Shown: positions 46,195 through 64,000 of the stretch, piece after piece
Numbering within the stretch: position 1 is the stretch's first letter
How the letters are laid out: each line of letters opens with the position of its first letter
Source of the DNA: Salpingoeca rosetta
Taxonomy: Eukaryota > Protista > Choanoflagellata
Reading direction: 5' to 3'
Assembly: GCA_033442325.1 (NCBI GenBank)
Contig: JAWQFM010000018.1
Coordinates: 1,099,515 to 1,163,514, forward strand
Length of the DNA stretch: 64,000 nucleotides
Program-made: the position numbers and the translations under genes
The notes under the pieces: generated by a model
The model's database searches: none
Seen by the model: the letters and a program-made list of their open reading frames with translations, nothing else
Told to the model about the DNA's origin: nothing

Positions 46195-46785
46195 AGAACC
46201 TTTCGCCCCCTCCCGGGCCCCCGCAGGGTGTGACGACAACAACGATAATAACAGCCGCGTGGCGCCCACCTGCTGAATGCGAGCACGCAGGAGATTCTTC
46301 CAGTCTTTGGCCTCCAGAGGGCTCTTGCAATGAAGATACAACGTGCGATGCTGTGTTTGGATGCCAAGCCCACTCTGCACACGTTGTGTGTGTGTGTGTA
46401 CTTGAGTGTGAGACGCGTGGGAAGAGAAATAGACAGACGGCGGCACTTGGAATACAAATATTGTAGAGCATGCAGCTGCACAGTTGCGCCGACAGAGCAT
46501 GAGACAAGCGAGTTGTTCTTACGCCGGAGACAAAGGTGCTGCTGGGCCAATTGACACGGCACTCGTGCTCCTCTAGGACACGCGTGCCTTTGCCCAACAC
46601 CATGCAGCCCTGGCAAGACACACACGAGTGCTTGTGAGCAAAACCACACAAGGGGGGGGGGGTCGCGCGACACAACCACACAGTCATCCATCGACTCTCT
46701 ATGACTGATGACACAATACATCTTGACCACTGTGCTGCGTTGTGTGTGTGTGTCTCGCTGTGTGTTTGTGTTTGTGTGTGTGTCT

Positions 46786-46867
<82 letters not shown>

Positions 46868-47436
46868 GTGTAAGTTTGGGTCGCTGTGTGTGTGTGTGTC
46901 TTTGTGTGGACCTCCTTACCTTTCTGGAGGTTGGAGCGCCAATGCGGGCCTCGCCCTCAGTGGTAAAGTAAGAGAGCATGGAGGACGTGGACGACAGTGG
47001 TGAGATGACAAAGTACCGCCGGCGCCATGATCGCCGGTTCTGGCCCTGCGAACCATTGTGTCAAACACCAACAAGCATGCAAGCACGCAATTGAGAAGAG
47101 TAACAGTGACAGTGACAGTGACAGAGGAGAGGGCAAAGGAGGAGAGGGAGGAGGGTGAGGAAGACGGAGGGATGACAGCGGAACAAAAGAAAGCCGGGCA
47201 GCAAGCAACGAGCTGTTGTTTGCTGTTGTGCGATCGATGACATACACCCGCACAAACAAACTGCAAACCACACCACACCACAACTACAATGTCATAACCA
47301 CAATGTCACAACCACAACAGCACACGTCGAACAATCGCACAGACGGAAGGAAGGACACCCAGAGCACCACCACACCACAGACACACCACACTCACAAACA
47401 CACCTGCTTGTGGGCAAACCCGAGCAGAGACGCCAT
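42826..47436 (-). CDS. IQSEC/BRAG-like ARF guanine-nucleotide exchange factor (PH - coiled coil - IQ - Sec7 - PH)
   Basis: Sec7 motifs RFNKNPSKGI, LGEFLG, FRIPGEAQKIERVM and ILAFSIMMLHTDLHN. IQ motif AAAVIQRWYRG. C-terminal PH-like region. In-frame 5' exons encode an extra PH domain. The Sec7 core is secure; the 5' exon joining is inferred. Confidence 0.8.
46102..46194. repeat. (CAA)n microsatellite, intronic
   Basis: Read directly. Confidence 0.9.
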
Positions 47437-47576
47437 CCTGGACTTCAATCGCGGACAAATGACCAAAGACATCCACCAATTATCACAACTGCACACAGGC
47501 AAGAGGAAGACAGACACACACGTTGCACTTTCTCCTCTCTCGCGCACAAACACACTTTACTTTGGAGACGAGCAAG

Positions 47577-51617
<4,041 letters not shown>

Positions 51618-51661
51618 CACACCCGCAACTTTGCCTTGCTTGCTCATGCATGTGTGTGTGT

Positions 51662-51707
<46 letters not shown>

Positions 51708-52166
51708 TGTGAGGGATTGAACAGCCACAGCAACAACAGCAACAAATGGACATTGCATCAGCAACGATAGGCGACTGTCCTGCCGCGAATTTCAAACAGG
51801 CAGTGATGAGTCATCAGTGGCAGCGATGCAAGCACGAGCCAGCGAAGCAATCAACAAGACAGAAGCGTGCAAGCAACACAACGCACAACGCAGTGCAGCA
51901 GTGCAATGTGGCTCCACACACACGCCCGCCATCATCATTCTTCCGTTGCCCTTCTCAAACCTCACGCAACAAGGCAGGAAGGAGCTGTCGTGTGTACCTG
52001 CACAAGTGGCCGCCTAACGCACGACTTGAAGTGTCCATCCTCAACATCTGATGTTGCTGCTGTTGGCGTGCTTCAACAGCCTAACAGCAAACAGCAACGC
52101 GTCTCTCCACAAGACTAGAGACGAGCCTTCGGCTTTCTTGCTGACCTCTCGTCACAGCCCTGAACC

Positions 52167-60008
<7,842 letters not shown>

Positions 60009-60569
60009 GGGCTTTCCACCACTGGCTTTGTTTGTTCGTTTGCTCGCTTGTTTGTCATCGTTTGCAACGGTTGCCGTTCTCAAGCCTTTGTAGGCAACGT
60101 TGACCAGTTCTTTCCTTCCGTTCTGAAATTGCCACCCCTCCCACTTCCTCATTTTGTTAGAGCTGGTGAGAAATGGCAAGTTATACGAAACAGCACGATG
60201 TTTGTGCCTCAGCGATGGTCAGTTCTCGCTTAATTTTCCTGTTTGTTTCTCTACACATCATCACATGGACAAAGTAAGAAAGCGAGAAGAAGCGGCGCAT
60301 GCCAGTCACTCAGCGCACCACCTACTTTGTGCTAAAATGGCTGGCTTTTCATAAGAGTGACAGGTGACCTCTATAGTATGAGGTCTTGAGCAAAGTTTGG
60401 AACTTCAAACGCTGATTTCAAAGTTCTCGGTATGGATGCTTGCTGAGTCGGAAAAAGTTCATGAATGTCTTTCTGCCAGGCATATACGTAGACAATGGGA
60501 ATCGAGGCAATATAACACATAGAGCCATTCCCTTTCATCAAATGCTGCCCTCCATTCCATGCATCCAAT

Positions 60570-61114
60570 GTGTCAAAGTCAGCGCTGAGCAGGATGCCAA
60601 CCTCTTCTTCATCACCGTCGAGGCCAAGCTCATCGCCGCTGGCATCGACGCTGGCATCATCGCCGAGGGTGGTGCTGACCACCAAGGAGACGGGCAGGCT
60701 CCAGCAGCTGCCTCATCGCCGAGCCCAAGCACCCACGGTGCTTCGGGTCCCCGCACTCGCTCCCGCGCTCAACGCGGCCCGCGCCGCACTGGCGCCCGCC
60801 ACGACGCGGGGGACCACGACGACGATGACGACGACGAGGGCGATGGCGACGACCACGGCGCTCGCCCATCTTCCTCCTCTTCCTCTCTCCATTCTTCGGC
60901 CACTCCGAGCGGAGGAGCGCAGGTGGCGTCCCGAGCCTCTGGCCTGCTGGATCCCCGTGATCCACAGGTTGACGCAGCCATCTTCGCGTTCCTCCTTGGC
61001 GTCCTGACGGGACACCCGCTGCGGCTGGCCATCACCGACAACCGTGGCCGCTCCGGTGTGCTTGCGCTGCGCCGCCTCCGCGAGCGCTACATCCGCAGCG
61101 GCAAGGACCACGTC
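60570..61114 (+). pseudogene. Truncated retrotransposon gag-like ORF fragment
   Basis: Intronless GC-rich frame with DAAIFAFLLGVLTGHPLRL..GRSGVLALRRLRERY, a pattern typical of copia Gag N-terminal helices. It is cut off at the adjacent LTR. Confidence 0.55.
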
Positions 61115-61501
61115 TGTGACATGTCGAACGTAAGACAAGCAGAGGATGTGCGTGTGTTTGTGTGTGCGTGCGTTAGCGTAGTGGTATGCTCACTTGTCTG
61201 AGTGTGTTTGTGTGGGTTTACTGTGTGATGTGGAAGACAGACGGGAACAAGGATGAATGAACACAAGTGAAGCACTCCCGCATTGTGGCAGAAACAACAA
61301 AGAGATTGGACGAAGAACAACACGCAAACATATGCAATACCGCACTTTGTGTGGAAGCAACACACAGCTTGAACGAAGAAAACGGAAGTGTAACAACCAC
61401 AGCAGAACCGGTTGGATTGCAGAACTATTCATGCTGTCTCCAGCTTTCCGGACATAAGCAAACACATCCACATGCACATGACACGGACTCGTCTCTCCAC
61501 A
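61115..61501 (-). mobile_element. 3' LTR (~387 bp) of the copia element
   Basis: On the minus strand it starts TGTGGAGAGAC immediately after the polypurine tract GAGGGGGTG (61502-61510) and ends ...GTCACA (TGTG/CACA termini). The left boundary could alternatively be 61122. Confidence 0.75.
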
Positions 61502-61508
61502 CACCCCC

Positions 61509-64000
61509 TCAACTCGCATGCAGCACTTGCTCTCGGCACTGCGTCAGAGATGGACGAGGTAGGGCCTTCGTCAGCATGTCTGCAAGCAGCTTTGTGCCGG
61601 GTTCATACACTGCCTTGACGACGCCTTCGCCAATGAGCTCGCGCAGAAGGTGATAACGCAGCCGTATGTGTTTGGAGCCGCCCTTGGCCACGGGATTGGT
61701 AGCAATGCACATGGCAGACTGGCTGTCCATGTGGAGTGGTGTGGTGCCGACGTCGAAGCCCAGCTCCTGGAGGAGTTGTCGCAGGTACACCGCAGCCTGT
61801 GCTGCGCGCGCAGCGGCGACGTACTCTGTCTCCGCCGATGATGTTGTGACGAGAGGCAGCCTCTTGGACAGCCATGTCACAGGGCCACCGGCGATGGTGA
61901 ACAGGTGGCCCCCATGCCCCTTCGACGTGTAGGGGTCAGACATGTGACTTGCGTCTGTGTAGCCAAGGAGTTGAAGCGAATCACCCGCACTGTACTTGAT
62001 TGCCAGAGCCGCCGTGCCCCGTAGGTACTTGCAGACATGTCTGGCCGCGTGTAGGTGCTGCTTGCCGGGTTGCTGGATAAATCTGGAGAGCACGGATGTG
62101 GCGTAGCTGATGTCGGGACGCGTCGTCACTGCGAGATACAGCAGACTGCCAATGATGCTCTGGTAGTGACGAACGTCGACCTCGGCTTGTTCCACCGGCA
62201 CGAGCTTCATCTTGACGGGGAGTGGAGTTGCCTTCGCCTTGCAGTCCTCCAGGCCTTCTTGCTTCAGCACAGTCTGGATGTAGTCGTGCTGGTTCAGCGT
62301 CATAACGCCGCGTTCTCTGTCATAGGAGATCGCAATGCTGAGGTGTTGTCGTGGCGCGCCCAAGTTCTTGAGGTCGTAGTTGGCTGCAAGCACAGCCTCT
62401 GCACGGTCCATGTGCTCCTGTGTCGTTGCCGCCACAAGGAAGTCGTCGACGTGCACGCAAATCATGACTGTGCGATCCTGGTTGACGAAGATGCAGGCGT
62501 CGGACCGCAAACGCTGGAAGCCGCTGCCGCCAATCGTCTTCCAGACAGATGCGTACCACAGCTTCGGCGCCTGGCGCAGGCCATAGAGGCTCTTGCGCAG
62601 CTTCAGCACAGACCCGGCAGGGAGGTTCGCTGCCTGCGGCGGACGCACAAACACGTTTGCCATGTCGAGCTCGGCATGGAGAAAAGCCGCAGACACATCG
62701 AACTGGCACAGCAGCATGTGTCGCTGGGCTGTAGCAGCGAGAAAGGTGCGCAGAGCCTCGAAGCGTGTCGTGGGCGAAAATACATCTGCGTATGTGTCCT
62801 CCGTCTGCCGGTTGCCGCAGCAAACAAACCGGACTTTGTGGACAATACTGCCGTCCGGTTTGTGTTTCACAGCAAAGACGAGCTTGGACGGTATTGGTCG
62901 CACGCCCATGGGAAGAGTGCGCTGGTCAACGATGTCGAAGACGTCGTGCCGAATCATGTTACTCCACTCCTTGACGAAGGCCTCCTGCCACTTGCTCTTG
63001 TGTGCAGAGGCCATGGCGTCCCGCCATGTCTTGGGGACCGGCTGCTGCGGTGGCTGGTGCGTCTGTACCATGGCATTCTTCAACAGGGTAGTCCGCAGGC
63101 AGAGGATGTCGGTCTCGTAGCCGTCACTGTCGTCGCTGTGATCGCCATCGCCATCGTCATCGTCATCACTGCCGTCGTCTGCCGTTGACGAGTCAGGATG
63201 CTTGCTGTTGACGGCACAGCTTGTCTTCTGCTGTGCCGTGGGTGCTGATTGCGCGAGTGGTGCAGATGTTTGTGCGCCGCCGCTGTCGCCCTGCCGCATG
63301 GGGTCAGGTGTGTTCTCGTCGCCCTGCCGCATGGGGTCAGGTGTGTTCTCATCGCCCTGCCGCATGGGGTCAGGTGTGGATGCTGTTGCTGCTGGCATCA
63401 CCCATAGGTTCTGCACAGTGCTGGTGCCGTTGCTGCCTGTGAGTGGTGATGTCGGTAAAGCACCCCCTTGACTCGTGCAGTCAACCTCTTCCAGGAAGTC
63501 AACGTGGATGGAGGACCTCACTCGCCCAGTTGCCTTGACGTAGATGCGATGCGCGTTGCATCGCGTGTCGAAGCCAACATAGAAGCCTTCCATGGCCCGT
63601 CGGGGAAAGGCCTTGCTCTTGTCCGTGTGGACGTGGTCATACACGAACGCCTTGCAGCCGAAGACGCGCACGTGCTGCAGTGGCGAAGGCTTGGCGAAGA
63701 GAGCCTGGTACGGTGACATGCCCAGTTGGGAGTGCGGAAGAAGGTTGTACACCCATGCAGAGTGTCCAAGCGCAGCAGACCAGAGCTTGTCCTTGAGGTG
63801 CTGCGGCAGTGGTGCCGTGTGCAGCATGGCAGCGGCAGACTCCTTCAGCGTGCGAATGCTTCGCTCCACAAGCCCGTTGTGCTCGTGCACATGTGGCGGA
63901 CTGTAGCGAAGGCGAAGGCCAAGCTCGTTTGCCGTTTGCACGAAACGCCGAGACGTGAAGACGGGATCGCTGTCCGTTTGAACGAGGGTGCCACGGTCAA
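61509..64000 (-). mobile_element. Ty1/copia LTR retrotransposon pol (integrase - RT - RNase H), open frame running off the right edge
   Basis: Integrase HNGLVERSIRTL..W..A..VYN, RVFGCKAFV and FYVGF. RT KVRFVCCG, QFDVSAAFLH, LRKSLYGLRQAP and HVDD. RNase H GYTDAS, SSAETEY, KHIRLRYH and ADMLTKAL. INT-RT-RH order is diagnostic of copia. Confidence 0.96.
63285..63378 (-). repeat. 33-bp in-frame minisatellite (~3 copies, TPDPMRQGDEN) in the INT-RT linker
   Basis: Unit tcgccctgccgcatggggtcaggtgtgttctcg read directly. Confidence 0.92.

Noticed and set aside
62055-63188. 377-aa plus-strand ORF
   Set aside because: Antisense shadow of the copia RT.
63285-63378. 33-bp repeats as a CRISPR-like array
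   Set aside because: No spacers, in-frame within pol, eukaryotic context.

Overview
Eukaryotic, intron-dense, GC-rich DNA whose introns are filled with microsatellites. Composition and gene content point to a choanoflagellate, most likely Salpingoeca rosetta (inference). I reconstructed 15 spliced protein genes by hand: an RFC small subunit, DDX3/Ded1, an Spt7/SUPT7L-like protein, a large secreted C-type-lectin/mucin protein, a GLUT8-like sugar porter, CIR1, OST48, mRPS16, NECAP, ZMAT2, CDKAL1, an IQSEC-like ARF-GEF, CCDC47 and a Dispatched-like transporter, plus a copia pol. The window ends in a copia LTR retrotransposon inserted antisense into a gag-like relic. The most notable items are four. 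(1) A Rosetteless-like secreted protein has four C-type lectin domains on in-frame cassette exons and two C-terminal repeats that resemble bacterial Stig-cyclase (HpiC1)/CBM-like beta-sandwiches. (2) Microsatellites around exons are polarised, with (TG)n after donors and stops and (CA)n before acceptors and starts, and they could pair to bridge introns. (3) A compositionally foreign 460-bp island sits inside a (TG)n tract. (4) The ARF-GEF has a PH-CC-IQ-Sec7-PH architecture. Most ORFs in the supplied track are artefacts of microsatellites or antisense frames.
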